DNA of 64,000 nt from the human T2T-CHM13v2.0 reference genome, Homo sapiens: assembly GCF_009914755.1 (NCBI RefSeq), contig NC_060940.1; one strand, 5' to 3'. The notes below the pieces were generated by a model that did no database searches, was not told where the DNA came from, and saw nothing but the letters and a program-made list of their open reading frames with translations. Below, piece by piece: positions 21,658 through 42,800 of this stretch (within the stretch, counting starts at the first letter, position 1; every line of letters begins with the position of its first letter). The position numbers and the translations under genes were made by a program.

Positions 21658-23197
21658 CTACCACTTAATTAGTACTCAAATTGGAGTGGCAAACCAGAAA
21701 GTCACAGCTACAGACTTTCAGTAGAGCTGACTCGCCCCTGTGTCTCCTTCCTGTTTTCATGTGTTGCAGCCTGTTCTCTTCAGAGCCTAACACACTGACA
21801 GTAGACCTCTGCAGGACAACTTTGACACCCAGTTCTCTCCAAGCTGCCAGTGAGCTCCTTGTGCAGCCTCACTCCTCACCTACAGCATGAGCCCTTGCAG
21901 CTCTCCCAGCATCATAATCTTGTATCTCAGTCCTGGCTTCTTTCACTGCTGGCATCCCTCCATCTCTCCCTTTTTCACCTACTTTTCTTTTTTCAAAGAA
22001 TTCTTCTCTTTCATCTGCTTTTATGAAAAATAATGACACCTCTGAAATTCTTTCCTGTAGTCCTGCAGCATCAATGCCAGGAAGACAGGCCTCATCCTCC
22101 CAGCTTCTATGCTGCTCCTTTCAGATCCCTTACCCTGTCCCCATTTTCATGACACGGGCTCTCCAGCCAGGAAGAAGACACTGTTTCTCACTCTCTCTCT
22201 TTTCCATCTTTGCCTGTCCCTCTCGCTGTGTAACTTCCCTTATAACTCAGCCTGAGGCCAGTGCTAGAAAGGCACATCACCTGACTTATTCTGTGCCTGA
22301 TTCTACCTAGATCAGTGCAACCACTGGCTTCTCAGGGGGACCCTTGAGTACTGGGCACTGATGAACTGCTGCCAACACATTCGTCATTTCTGCCATTAAA
22401 AGGTCCTAAGTCCTCTCCAGTGACAGGTTCCTCAAGTCCCCACTATGCTCTATAATGCCCTATGCTTTCAGCTAATGACTCAGTCCTCAGAAAAACAAAC
22501 AAATAAAAAAACACAGGCTTTAATTTCCTCTACCCCTACCCCCAATCCACCATACACTGCCAAAATTCTGTCTATACCAACTTTGACTGCTTTCCTTGAG
22601 GCAGAGAAAAGGTGAGGGCCAGTTAATCTATCAATGTTCTTTCTCCTGTTTCTTCAACCTCTGCTTTCTAGTGGCTCCTTCCCCTTGGCCAAAAGAACAT
22701 AATCTCTCCAACATTTAAAATAAACATCTCATATCTCCCTCCAGCAATAGCTTCCTATCCTCGACTTCAAGAAAAACTCACTGACCAAATAACTTACCTC
22801 AAGCTTTTCATTTTCAAATGTCTCTACCACTCAATAGTATTCAATCTAGCTTCTTCTGTCTCTCTACAAAACTCTTTTTCCTTATAATCCCTAGAGCATC
22901 TGACAAGGCTGACTACTCCCATCTGGATGTCCTATATCTAGGACACTTCCCTTCTCAATGTCCCTGTATTTTTTTGAATGGCTTCCTCTTCTATACTTTC
23001 ACAAAAATGCTAAACTAGGATTCTGACCCAGGCCTTCCTTCCTCTTCACTCACTATTCTCCAGAGGCTTCTCTCTGGTTTGGTTGCTTACAAAGGCTCTA
23101 GAGTATAGAGACTGAAAAGGAAACAGGGCCTTTTCTGTGTACTAATGATGTGCAAATCTCTCAAGCTTAGACTTTCTCCTTAGTTCAAAATCCAATT

Positions 23198-24597
23198 TTT
23201 TTTTTTTAATTGATCATTCTTGGGTGTTTCTCGCAGAGGGGGATTTGGCAGGGTCATAGGACAATAGTGGAGGGAAGGTCAGCAGATAAACAAGTGAACA
23301 AAGGTCTCTGGTTTTCCTAGGCAGAGTGTGTGTGTCCCTGGGTACTTGAGATTAGGGAATGGTGATGACTCTTAACGAGCATGCTGCCTTCAAGCATCTG
23401 TTTAACAAAGCACATCTTGCACCGCCCTTAATCCATTTAACCCTGAGTGGACACAGCACATGTTTCAGAGAGCACAGGGTTAGGGATAAGGTCATAGATC
23501 AACAGGATCCCAAGGCAGAAGAATTTTTCTTAGTACAGAACAAAATGAAAAGTCTCCCATGTCTACTTCTTTCTACACAGACACGGCAACCATCCGATTT
23601 CTCAATCTTTTCCCCACCTTTCCCCCTTTTCTATTCCACAAAACCGCCATTGTCATCATGGCCCGTTCTCAATGAGCTGTTGGGTACACCTCCCAGACGG
23701 GGTGGTGGCCGGGCAGAGGGGCTCCTCACTTCCCAGTAGGGGCGGCCGGGCAGAGGCGCCCCTCACCTCCTGGACGGGGCGGCTGGCCGGGCGGGGGGCT
23801 GACCCCCCTACCTCCCTCCCAGACAGGGCGGCTGGCCAGGCAGAGGGGCTCCTCACCTCCCAGACGGGGCGGCGGGGCAGAGGCGCTCCCATCTCAGACG
23901 ATGGGCGGCCGGGCAGAGACGCTCCTCACTTCCTAGATGGGATGGCGGCCGGGCAGAGACACTCCTCACTTTCCAGACTGGGCAGCCAGGCAGAGGGGCT
24001 CCTCACATCCCAGACGATGGGCGGCCAGGCAGAGACGCTCCTCACTTCCCAGACGGGGTAGCGGCCGGGCAGAGGCTGCAATCTCGGCACTTTGGGGGGC
24101 CAAGACAGGCGGCTGGGAAGTGGAGGTTGTAGCCGAGATCACGCCACTGCACTCCAGCCTGGGCACCATTGAGCACTGAGTTAACAAGACTCCGTCTGCA
24201 ATCCCGGCACCTCGGGAGGCCGAGGCTGGCGGATCACTCACGGTTAGGAGCTGGAGACCAGCCCGGCCAACACAGCGAAACCCCGTCTCCACCAAAAAAG
24301 TACGAAAACCCATCAGGTGTGGCGGCGCACGCCTGCAATCGCAGGCACTCGGCAGGCTGAGGCAGGAGAATCAGGCAGGGAGGTTGCAGTGAGCCGAGAT
24401 GGCAGCAGCACAGTCCAGCTTCGGCTTGGCATGAGAGGGAGACCGTGGAAAGAGAGGGAGAGGGAGACCGTGGAAACCGTGGAAAGAGAGGGAGAGGGAG
24501 ACCGTGGAAAGAGAGGGAGAGGGAGAGGAGGGAGAGGGAGAGGGAGAGGAGGGAGAGGGAGAGGGAGAGGGAGAGGAGGGAGAGGGAGAGGGAGAGC
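23198..24597 (-). mobile_element. SVA retrotransposon (SVA_D-like, short VNTR) in an SMG1P intron
   Basis: poly(T), SINE-R, short VNTR, Alu-like domain, (AGAGGG)n; 12-bp TSD caaaatccaatt at 23186-23197 and 24598-24609. Confidence 0.93.
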
Positions 24598-25769
24598 CAA
24601 AATCCAATTCTTAACAGCTTACCCAACAATCTCATCTGCACATTTCATTAGAAATCTTAAAACATAGCTTGTTCTCTGTGTGCTCCTACTCCAGTTAATA
24701 GCATTGTTTCTCTTCCCTCTACCATTGCCCCCACAAATTAATGGTCTCCATGCTTCCATACTTGCCCCTCACCTCCAGTCTCTTCACCATAGCAGAATGA
24801 ACCACCAAGTCAGATCACAACACATCTCTGTTCAAATCCCACCTGAAATTTTCAGTCTTACTAGAATAACAGCCAAAGTTCTTTTCTCAGTTCCCAGCTA
24901 CTTCTCTGCCCTTATATCCTACTGTTTAAGGTGCTCCTAAACACACAGGCCTCCCAGCTATTTCCAGAACACTCCAAGCCCATCATTCTCACATCAGGTC
25001 TAGGCCCAAAGGGCATCCTGATGGGCATGCCTTGACCTTGTGTCTTCCCTCCAAAGAAGGTCAGCTTTACCTAACTGCTTTCCTTATGGCACAGAAAAGG
25101 TGAGTGAGGTCCAATTAATCCTTCTATCAATAATCTTTATCTAATCTTTGCTTTAAAAGGTTGGAATTTGTGTCTGTTTTATGTGCTGCCTGGGTCATAG
25201 TATATGCTCAGTGAAGCAATTACACATTAACCCATTTAGCAGTAGAAAGCAAGGGTATCAGACAAAGTCTAATGACCTTTATCTTCCCAGCCAAGTGTCT
25301 GCAACAGAGTGAGTGCTCAGTTTTGAATTACAGAATTAATAAAAGCACAGAGGAATGAGAAGAAAGTTTAATTTACAGATGTTCACAAACTCTGTCCTCA
25401 TTAGAATAAATGTTTTTGATATATTCAGACCTCATTTAGAAACAAAGCCATCAAATGTGATTCTTTCTAAATCAGTACAAATTTTTCCTTATATTCACTC
25501 TGGCATAATCTTCAAACTCTATTAAGGTTTTAGAATGACAGGTTCTGAAAATTAATACCAAATGACTATCTCAGCAGTGTTTTCCCATTATACAAATACC
25601 TTCCCTCATCTCTGATGTCAGTTTCCTGTTGTCATTTTCATAATGGCAGTAAGTTAGAAATATAACCATTTTGTATTACTACATATGACCAATTTTAATA
25701 TTTTTTTGCCATAGGAAAAACATCATAGTTATTGGAAATTTGTTTTATAACTGGAAACAGAAAGCCTTA

Positions 25770-26041
<272 letters not shown>

Positions 26042-26044
26042 CTA

Positions 26045-26632
<588 letters not shown>

Positions 26633-26635
26633 TGA

Positions 26636-26911
<276 letters not shown>

Positions 26912-27792
26912 TAAACACACATATCTCATTTCCCCCCCCCACAAAAAATGGTGCAAGAATAAACTGAGCTAAAACAGTGAGTTGACTATGGTGGGGGGAG
27001 GTTTGATGTCTTCCTCACAACTGTGAAACTAAATTTAAAAGTGGTTAAATGTTTTTAAAAAAATGTAAGAGTATAAAAGAACTAGTGGAAAATATTGATA
27101 AGTAACTGATGTCAGTGTGTGGAAAGGCTTTGTAGAAGGATAAAATGCAAGAAAAGATGCACAAGTAACAGATCTAGATGCATAATGCTGAAATACAACA
27201 CTAAACATTAAAAACAAATTATAAATCAAGAAATTGGATAGCATCAACAATCTTAGTATTTAATAAAATTTCACAGATTAACACAGGAAAAATTGAGAGG
27301 CCATGAAGACATGATCCATGTTTTAAAAAATCACAAAAGGTCACTATATGGGGCAACTTCTACTATTAGTCATTAATAAATATAGAAATGTAAAGTACAA
27401 TAACTATTTTCGCTGATGGTGGTGGCAGCATTCTTGTTTCTCAGTGACTCTCAGTATCCACAAAGATGAAGGGAAGGGGGTACTCTATTATTAAGGGTAT
27501 ACATTGCAGCCATCTTTTCTGTAGAGTAACTTACCAATAGAATATATTATAAGACTTATGGTTTGGCAGCCTTTCTTCTAGTAAATCAGTTTATGAGAAT
27601 GGATTCCAAGAAAGTAATCAGAAATATAAGCAAAGATATTAAGTGCTATGGTACATTTAGTAAAAAAAAAAATCAGAAACAACCTTAATGCCCAACAGTA
27701 AGAAATATTAAATTATGGTACACTCATAAATACAAACCTTTATTAAAAATAACACTGTAGAATATTTAACATGGCAATTTTTTTTTTTTTGA

Positions 27793-27999
<207 letters not shown>

Positions 28000-28737
28000 T
28001 GACCTCAGGTGATCCACCTGCCTCGGCCTCCCAAAGTGCTGGGAATACAGATGTAAGCCACCGAACCCAGCCTACCTAACACGGAAAATTTTTTTTTTTT
28101 AAATATTGAGTGGGAAAAACAGATCATAAAACCATGTGCCTATGTACACTGATGTTTTGGTGAAGAATGGAGAAAACGACATGAAAGAAAAAAGAATTAC
28201 AAAGCATATGGATATGGAAATATGGGACTACAAAAGGACACACAACAGAAGTTACTACAAAGATATGGAAGTATGAGCAGTTCTTTTATCTTCCTAAATT
28301 TGCAAGATTTCATTAAACTAACATAAATGGACACAGAATATTATGGTACAAGCTCCTCTACCTGGAGGAAGCAATGAGTCTGAATGTAGAGTTCACAGGA
28401 CTAATGAGCAAATACTCTGACAATAAAGGGTAATTTGTATCAGACTCTGAGGGGGAAGGAGCTCAACTAGGGATCAAGTTCAAAAGCGTTTATAAAACAA
28501 CTGACAGGTCTTGTTTTACAGTGTGATTTGCCACTAATTCTTAAATAAGAAAGGCACTCCAGTATTGCGGCTAACTAAAGAACAAACTGAAGATGCCTCC
28601 TGGTGAAGTGATTTATAGCAAGCTTCAATGCTGAAAGCAAACAAAGCTGTTTTAAGATTTGGCTACAATGTCAGTGAGTAATACAAAGAATTTAAACATA
28701 AAGTAATTCTGTCACCCATTTCCTTCCCTCCAACCTA

Positions 28738-28905
<168 letters not shown>

Positions 28906-29979
28906 TCAGAAAAGTTAGTCACCCAATACCATTAAAACATAAATCCCTATAAAATTTACAACTGATCACAGTCTGTGCCTGCTTAAAGCCAAATGTATTT
29001 AACAATTATTTTCACAATTTTCACATTATTTAGCTCAGAATTCTTTAAAATTTTACATATAAAATAGCCACAAAGGGTGACTAACAGAACCTTAGCAGCA
29101 CATGGATGTTTGTACCCCCACCCCAAAGTTACCCAAAAACATTTAACCTGTGACCTCTGTAGGAATAACACATGGAGTAAAAAGAAAGCAAAAATTAAAT
29201 ATAAATAAACAGGAATTAAGGAATGATTAACTTCATGTGTTTGAATACTGCTTGACATTACCTGAATTGCTAAACATTTTGTTATTTTTGGATTCCAGTT
29301 ATTTATTGTGAGCCCACTTGCAAGCCAGGAATTACTCAAGCATTTGTCATACGTTATAAAAACAATTTCTCCTGGCCAGGTGCAGTGGCTCATGCCTGTA
29401 ATCCCAGCACTTTGGAAGGCCGAGGTGGGCGGATCACTTGTGGCCAGGAGTTCGAGACCAGCCTGGCCAACATGGTGAAACCCTGTCTCTACTAAAAATA
29501 CAAAACTTAGCCGGGTATGGTGGTGGGTGCCTGTAATCCCAGGGACTGAGGCAAGAAGAGGCTTGAACCCGAGAGGCGGAGCTTACAGTGAGCCGAGATC
29601 GCACAACTGCACTCCAGCCTGGGCGACAGAGTGAAACTGTGTCTCAAAAAAATAAATAAATAAATAAATAATTTCCCCCATAAACAAATTTTCAGAATTA
29701 CCTTTAAAGTTCTAAACTTTGCACGTAAGAAATATAGTTTTAACGTGTTCTAACATGAATATTGTTTTAACATGAACAAAAACATGAACATTATTTTAAC
29801 TTCTAACACTGTTTTAACATGAATAAAATAGGTAACTCTGGCAGTTGTTGCTTTTACAAAATACAGGATCAAAACCTTTGAAAATGAATCCAAGCTTTAA
29901 CTTATTTTATCCATAGATTAAATCATACCAAAGGAATTAAACCATGTTTTTCTTATTAACAGACTTAAAATGAATTTCA

Positions 29980-30183
<204 letters not shown>

Positions 30184-30219
30184 TCAGGACTGGTTCAATT
30201 TGTAGGTAAGGATGTCTCA

Positions 30220-30552
<333 letters not shown>

Positions 30553-30838
30553 TTAAAAATCTTAAAGTTCCTAGAATAAGTGTGAGTTTTTTATGACAAA
30601 TTCACATTTATCAAGTATCCTCTGTCTACCCATCATTTAAAAATAAAAAATCCCAACATGAAAGATCTTTCATTTTAGGGGAAAAAATATATATATATTT
30701 TCCACACAACTCCCATAAGTTTTGGAAAAAAACCAAACATATTTCCAATGCAATTATTCAATGAAAGCTTATTCTAACAAACATACCTGAAAATTATTGA
30801 CTTTTTTTCAAAAAAAATCATATACTCTCAAATCTTTA

Positions 30839-31234
<396 letters not shown>

Positions 31235-31663
31235 CTATGAAATTGAGAAGCATTATGTCCCCCCCTCTCATTTTGAGGTCTTTTATAGTTAACAGGATGA
31301 GGTACAGTGTGGAAGGATGATTAGGGTAAATGGCTCATGCCAGTCAGGAATGAAACTCATTCAATGCAACTAAGCATCTCTAGAATATCTCCACCCCCAC
31401 CCCACTCCCCAAAGTGTTAATGACATCACATCAGTTAATTGTTAACCACATTTCATTACTCAATTTCAAAGCCCATTTTTGTTTCTACAGATGCTATCTT
31501 CAAAGCAATTTTCCTATTGATGAAAACTGAAATAACCCATATGAGAAGAATGTTACTTGATACTCTGCCACCCCCAAACATATTTTCTCTTCAAAACTGC
31601 ATGTAAAGTCAAGGGAATCTTAAAATTATCTTTCCCAGATAAAATAGTCAAAGAAATGCCTTA

Positions 31664-31849
<186 letters not shown>

Positions 31850-32237
31850 TTAAAAGGTTAGCACCTACTGTAAGTGGATTATTTACTTATTAACTCACTG
31901 GAGGTAAAAATATAGTAAAATAGAGACTTTAAAATGGATACAGAGATGTGATTACAACTTTAGATCCTTTTTTTATTCACCTCAGATGGGTAATGTGCCG
32001 ACATCATAAGAGGATTTGAGGGAGGCATATCAAACATGTGAACATAAAAACCCAATCATTATGCTTATGTATTACAAAAGGATCAAGTTTAGGCTCTTAA
32101 AAGCTCCCAAATCAACTTGATCAAAAACAATGAAAGATTACTGTTTAGTTTTTCAAATATCTGAGCTACTAAGAAACATATTTTGGCACTACATGAGTTA
32201 TTCTATACTAATTATTGTGAGCCTATAAAGCTCATTA

Positions 32238-32713
<476 letters not shown>

Positions 32714-33082
32714 TTAAAAGACAGTTACTTTCAGCTGGCCAAAAGAAATTATATCCCAGTTTGTCATAATTATCTGAATCCATTCATTCATTCAACAAAG
32801 AGTGAGTGCCTACTACAGACTAGGCACTGTTCTTGTCCAGAATCCTTATTGACTGTCACATTTGGAAAAATGACACATTCAACAAAACCCATGTAATGTA
32901 ACTGATGGGTCATCACACAAACCTTTTTCTGAGAGAAAATGTAAAAGTATATGCAAAATATAAACATTCACATAAGCTTAAAAATGTGACAATCACTTCA
33001 AAACATTTTTCTAATACTAAGAATGAAAAAAATCAAGACTGTGTATCTGTCATTAAAATGAGGATTACACATCTTCAGGTCA

Positions 33083-33355
<273 letters not shown>

Positions 33356-33996
33356 TTAAAAGCCTAGTCTTCTTACATTGGTTTTCTCTTGGTTTTTCAA
33401 ACATCTCAAACAATAAAAAATAAAAATAAAAAATGAAACTATAGAAATTACTGTCAAAATTGTTGTGTGCCTTTTAAGAAAACCTCCCAACGCAGCATAA
33501 TAGCAAAGAGGCCGGGCATGGTGGCTTACCTGAGGTCAGGAGTTCAAGACCAGCCTGGCCAACAACATGGTGAAACACCATCTCTACTAAAAATACAAAA
33601 ATTAGCTGGGTGTGGTGGCGGTCACCTGTAATCACGGCTACTTGGGAGGCTGAGGCAGGAGAATTGCTTGAACCTGGGAGGCAGAGGTTGCAGTGAGCAA
33701 AACTCCGTCTCAAAAAAAAAAAAAGCATAGAATATTAAAAATCTATATATATTCTTCTATGAAACACTGGGGGTGAGGGATTGAGGTTTTTCATGTATTT
33801 CTTTTCAGAAAGAATAAGAAAGCCTAGATTAAATAATAAAACCAAATTATAAGGTGTTTGACAATAAAGAAGCTGCTCTACCTCACCTCTATAATCCACA
33901 TTTTTTTAAATGTTTTGTAATCCACATTTCTTATTCTCAAATTATAAAGGCAAATTAACAAAGTTAGGAATAGTTAATACTATATAATATCTGTTA

Positions 33997-34221
<225 letters not shown>

Positions 34222-34249
34222 TTAAATCAACATACATCTTTAAAATCTA

Positions 34250-34507
<258 letters not shown>

Positions 34508-34754
34508 TTATCCTTCAAAACAGGGGTATTTGGACATTTTTAAATTAAAATTACAGACTGGAAGGGATCTAGTACACTACACCTGGGACAAATACTCTTT
34601 TGTGAAGTCAGTAAAGCCTTTGCGTGCAATATAGCATCTCTATGCAATGCAGCAACTCCTCGTCTATCGCTACAGTAAGAAAACAGCCACAGGTCAGGTG
34701 TTGTGGCTCACACCTGTAATCCTAGCACTTTGGGAGGCTAAGGTGGGCAGATCA

Positions 34755-34946
<192 letters not shown>

Positions 34947-35050
34947 CTAGATGACAAAGTTAAGACTCTCTCTCTCAAAACAAAACAAAACACCAGCCAC
35001 ATACAAAACACAGGAATGAGAGTACCTGTGTTCCAAGAAAACTTTCTTGA

Positions 35051-35161
<111 letters not shown>

Positions 35162-35916
35162 TAGCTGGGATTACAGGTGCCCATCACCACGCCCTGCTAA
35201 CTTTTGTATTTTTTTAGTAGAGATAGGGTTTCACCATGTGGGCCAGGCTGGTCTTGAACTCCTGAGCTCGGGTGATCTGCCTGTCTCAGTCTCCTGAGGG
35301 ATTACAGGCGTGAACCACTGCGCCCAGCCCGAGAACTTTCTTTACAAAAACAGGCACTAGTGTTGTGATGGTTGTACACTTCTGTGAATATACTAAAAAT
35401 CAGTGAATTATACACTTAAAATAACAAACAAAAAACAGGTGCTGGGCTGTATTTGGCCCACGGACCATAGTTTGCTGATCTCTGATCTAAACAGAGCCCT
35501 TTGTATGTGCCTTTTGTGGAAGTAGACTGTATTTCCTCAATTTTCCATATACTGCAAATGGCAAGGTGCCCTGTTCAATAAGGAAACAAAGGCACACCCT
35601 GCCACTCTACACCTTTTCCATCCATCTTTTTCCTTTACACTGCCAAGACACTCCATTCCACCTGACTGCCCCATCCCCACCCACTTTCTCCTTATTTCTA
35701 GAGTACAGGACATAAACATCTTTGAATCTGTAAATAATGTGAATAATTTTCCTCAAAAATCAAGCTTTCATGTTTGAAGAAGAGTTTATTGTGACTTCAA
35801 ACATAAGCTGTAACTGGTAATAAGCGAAGCAGCTATGGAATTATACAAGGCAATCCAATCAAACAACACGGAGCACATTGAAGCGCAAACATCAAATTTT
35901 ACCTTCTTCCTCCTAA

Positions 35917-36286
<370 letters not shown>

Positions 36287-36364
36287 TAAAAATAATGTTT
36301 TTCAACTCTGTGTGGTCCAATAGGAAGAAGAAATACACAAACCATAAACAATAAATACAAATCA

Positions 36365-36514
<150 letters not shown>

Positions 36515-36543
36515 TCAAGTCTCTACTAAAAATACAAAAATTA

Positions 36544-37468
<925 letters not shown>

Positions 37469-37799
37469 TATGAATGTTTCTAGGGAAAAAGAGACAGCCA
37501 AAATATAAGACCATGTATAAGAACTAACTTCAGTAGACAGAAAGAAAAAAGTACCAGGGGAAGAAGAAAGAGACCGCATTTTAAAACAACTATACAAATT
37601 TGAGCTGTAAGAAACACTGACATTTTCTATAAGCATGCTAGAGCAAACAGGAGAAATTCATAAGACATTTTCTAGAAAATAAAACTAATATAAAAAAACT
37701 TATCAAGATTTGTCAAGGAAAAAGAAGAAAAGTTAAATATAATGGCAAGAAAACATTCCTACCAATTTTATTTATCCAGGCATGTCTTAAATATGGCTG

Positions 37800-38275
37800 T
37801 TTGTTACATGGAGAAACCTTAAATGCATACTGGTAAGTGAAAGAAGCCAATTGAAAAGGCTACATACTATATGACTCCAACTACATGGCATTCTGGAAAA
37901 AGCAAAATGATGGAGACAGTAAAAAGATCAGGGGTTGCCATGGGCTTAAGATGGAGGGAGGGAGGAGTGGGGAGAGGGAATGAGGAAGGAGTGGGTAGAA
38001 CATAAAAGATTTTTAGGGAAGTGAAACTATCCTGTATGATACTGGTAATAGGGGATACATGTCATTACACATGTTAAAGTCCATAGAATACATAACACAA
38101 AGTAAACTATGAAATTAGTTAATAATAATATATCAATATTCACTCCTTTGTAATAAATGTACCACACTAACACAATATGTTAATGAGGGGGAAACTGTTG
38201 GGATGAAGAAGGTATATGGGAACTCATTGTTTTCTGCTCAATTTTCTGTATATCTAAAAAATAAAGTCTTTTAAT
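37800..38275 (+). mobile_element. Old L1M 3'-end fragment
   Basis: Motifs aagtgaaagaagccaa...ggctacatactatatgactccaactacatggcattctggaaaa. Confidence 0.65.
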
Positions 38276-39245
38276 TTAGAAAAATATATCTAAGCTATAT
38301 TTTAAGGCCTTAATACTGTGACATTAAAGTGTTTAGACACCTAAATAGGACACACTTATTTTACAGTTATCATGGGCATTTTTTCACATTAGCAAAGAGA
38401 GGTGTAATTCTGGCAGAAATGCTCAGCAGAATGTCATCTAGAATTTGCTTTAAAATAAGCCAGTTAGAGATGAAAGGATAGCAAAGAGGCCTAGATGAAA
38501 CCAGATGGGCCGTTTGCTTCTAATTATAGAAGCTGAGTGTTAAATATGTACAAATTTATTATACTATGCTCCCTATTTTTATGTGCTTCAGAATGTCCAT
38601 AATAAAAGTGGGGGGAGGATATTTATGGTTAAGAAATTAAAGGAGGCCAGCCGGGCACGGTGGCTCACGCCTGTAATCCCAGCACTTTGGGAGGCCAAGG
38701 CACGCAGATCACGAGGTCAGGAGATCGAGACCATCCTGGCTAACATGGTGAAACCCCGTCTCTACTAAAAATACAATTGTGCCACTGCACTCCAGCCTGG
38801 GCGAAAGAGTGAGACTCCGTCTCAAAAAAAAAAAAAAAAAAAAAGAAATTAAAGGAGACCAGGCATGACTGCTCACACCTGTAATCCCAGCACTTTGGGA
38901 GGGCAAGGCAGGAGGATTACTTGAGACCAAGAATTCAAGTCCAGCCTAGACAATGCAGTGAGACCCCTTCTCTCCAAAAAATACAAAGGTTAGCCAGGCA
39001 TGGTGGCATGCATCTGTAGTCCCAGATAGTCGGGAGGCTGAGTGGGAGGATCACTTGAGCCCAGGAGTTTGAGGCTGCAGTGAGCTCTGATTGTACCGCT
39101 GCACTCCAGCCAGGGGAATATAGCAAGATCCTGTGACCAAAAAAAAAAAAAAAAGAAAAGAAAGAAAAGAAAAGCAAAAAACAAAGAATCTGGTGCGTAG
39201 AGCAATGTTTCCTCAGAAAAAACGAGTAAAGCTACACTGAGACTA

Positions 39246-39434
<189 letters not shown>

Positions 39435-39931
39435 CTAGCTACCTGGGGGGCTGAGGTGGGAGGATCACCTGAACCCAAGAGGTCAAGGCTACAGTGAGCC
39501 AAAATCATGCCACTGCACTTCATCTTGTGCAACAGAGTGAGACCCTGTCTCAAAAAAAAATTGCATTAAAAATAAAAGTAAATAGACACTAAAATGAAGG
39601 CATAGATTATAAGACTGATGAATGTACTCTAAAAAAATAATATAATAAAGCAAAGCCCTTATGTTTTTTCTTTTTTGGAGACAGGGCCTTTTTTGTCACC
39701 TTGGCTGAGTGCAGTGGCACAATCAGAGCTCACTTCAACCTCAAGTTCCTGGGCTTAATCGATCCTCCTCCCTCAGCCTCCCGAGTAGCTAGGACTGCAG
39801 GTGCACACCACTACACCAAGCTAATTTTTGACTTTTTGTACAGATGGGGTCTCACTACATTGCCCAAGCTGTGCCAGAATTCCTGGATGCCAGCAATCCT
39901 TCTGCTTTGGCCTCCCAAAGTGCTGGGATTA

Positions 39932-40288
<357 letters not shown>

Positions 40289-41099
40289 TTAAAAAAATTC
40301 ACGTGCTTCCACAAAGCAAGGAAATACTTTTTATTTAATGCAATTTCAACTGAAAATTAACTGCTTGCCTTGCCAGCAGTCTCTTAATATTCTAGTTCTC
40401 AGTAGCTGAATAATGATACCTTTACTACAATATGTAAACATGATCTTGGCTAAAAAATCCTAAAGTGCTACTATGACAGGAAATGGAATCTGCCATCCTC
40501 TATTTCCCATATACCCAACTTCGTTTCTCCCAATGTCACTAAATGGCTGAAGCTCAGAATCTTTATCATGAAATACACCACGACAGTAATGGTATTGACA
40601 GCATGGGAATAGCCTGCCCACACATACTACAAGCTAGCTCTTGGGCTTTTGGGAATCAATCTTTCAAAACTGAACATACAAGTCACTTTAAGCTTATTAA
40701 ACTTTCTATCTACTGATGGTCTCTTTTGAAAGATAAGCACTCTCATGCTTACCACATAGTATCTTCAAAAATCATATGATTTCCAATACACACACAAACA
40801 AAATCCCCCACTTAACTATAATGGCCAATAATTGTGTACTAAATTTCTAATAAAATAGGGGAGAAAACAGAGCAAATGTTAAAAAATACTTCTATAATAT
40901 TTAACAACCAATACATACAGGATTTTATTTAGTCTACCCATAATTTTCATTAAAAGTATCCTTGGAGGTTGGGCATAGTGACTCACATCTATCATCCTAG
41001 CACTTTGAGAGGATTAGCTGGAAGGTTCTCTTGAGTCCAGGAGTTTAAGACCAGCCATGTCAACATAACAACACCTCATCTCTACCAAATTTGTTTTTA

Positions 41100-41345
<246 letters not shown>

Positions 41346-42635
41346 CTACAAAAATAAAAAATTAGCAGGAGCTATGGTGGGAGGATCACTTGAGCCCAAG
41401 AGATAGAGGCTGCACTGAGTCGTGATGGCACCACCCCACTTTAAAAAGAAAAAAAAAAGAGCTGGGTATGGTGACACCCGCTTGTAGGGCTGAGTGAGGT
41501 GGGAAGTTCACCTGGGCCCAAGAGTTCAAGACTACAGTGAGCTATGATTGCACTACTACACTCCAGCCTGGGTGAGAGAGTGAGGCTCCAGCTCCAAAAA
41601 TAAATAAAAATAAAATAAAAAAATAAAAACCCCACCATTCTACCATTCTCAAAGGCCTAAAAGATCCTCATAAATCAATATACACCTATCCTATAAATTA
41701 TGTCCCTTTTATTTTATGTCTGAATTAACAGCTTTTTATTTCAACTCTGTACAGTCTTCAAACAACCACCTTTTAGACATTAAAAATGAAGCAAAGATAT
41801 TAAACCATTTTGAAACCATATTGGTTTAAAATACCGATATGCTGGTTTCATTTATCTTTAAGTTCTGACATTTCTGCTCAAGTACACAACTTACTATATA
41901 ATCAATATCCTATTTTATTTAGCAACATGTTCAGCAAAAGTATATGCTCCTAAAAGCAAGTTTTATCCTAACGGTAAAATTTTCATCAGTTAGATTAAAT
42001 TTTTTATGACTGTATCACACATGCTTCTTTCTCCTTATTCACAGCCGAGTACAATGCCTGGGGTTCATTTCTTGTGTCTTTTCCACTGAACCCTCATTGG
42101 ATGTGCTATATACAGTGCAGCTAATGTTTGAGGCTGCTGAAGTGTGGCAATCTATCTACCTCATTTTTAATTTGTTTATGTTCTTTGATATCAGGCTATC
42201 AAAGAATATAAAGATATACAAGTTTTCATATGAGTTCCATCTTATGCTCAGAGAAGATTACTTTCTGAGGCTTCTCCTATAGTGTGCTATTCGTAATATG
42301 TTGAAAAACTAAAAGGAAACCCAATAATTTAAAAGTAAAATTATAAGAAATATTATTTAAAAATGAAAGAATAAGATTTAAAAATTCAGAGTGGCCTTTT
42401 GTCATGGGAGGGTAGGGAAGTTGGATGAAAGGAGGATGAGATATAAAAGGATTCCCTGCTTTTCTGGTTATTTAAGAAAGCAGTCAGACAATATATACAT
42501 ATACACATACATACATACATGCTAAACAAATGAAGGATTAATAACAGTTCACCTGGTAAAGAGAAGCATTTACAATGTAAAACAATTTTATTTTTGAATG
42601 ACACTTCAAATGCCCAAAAGCACTTACATCTGTTA

Positions 42636-42800
<165 letters not shown>

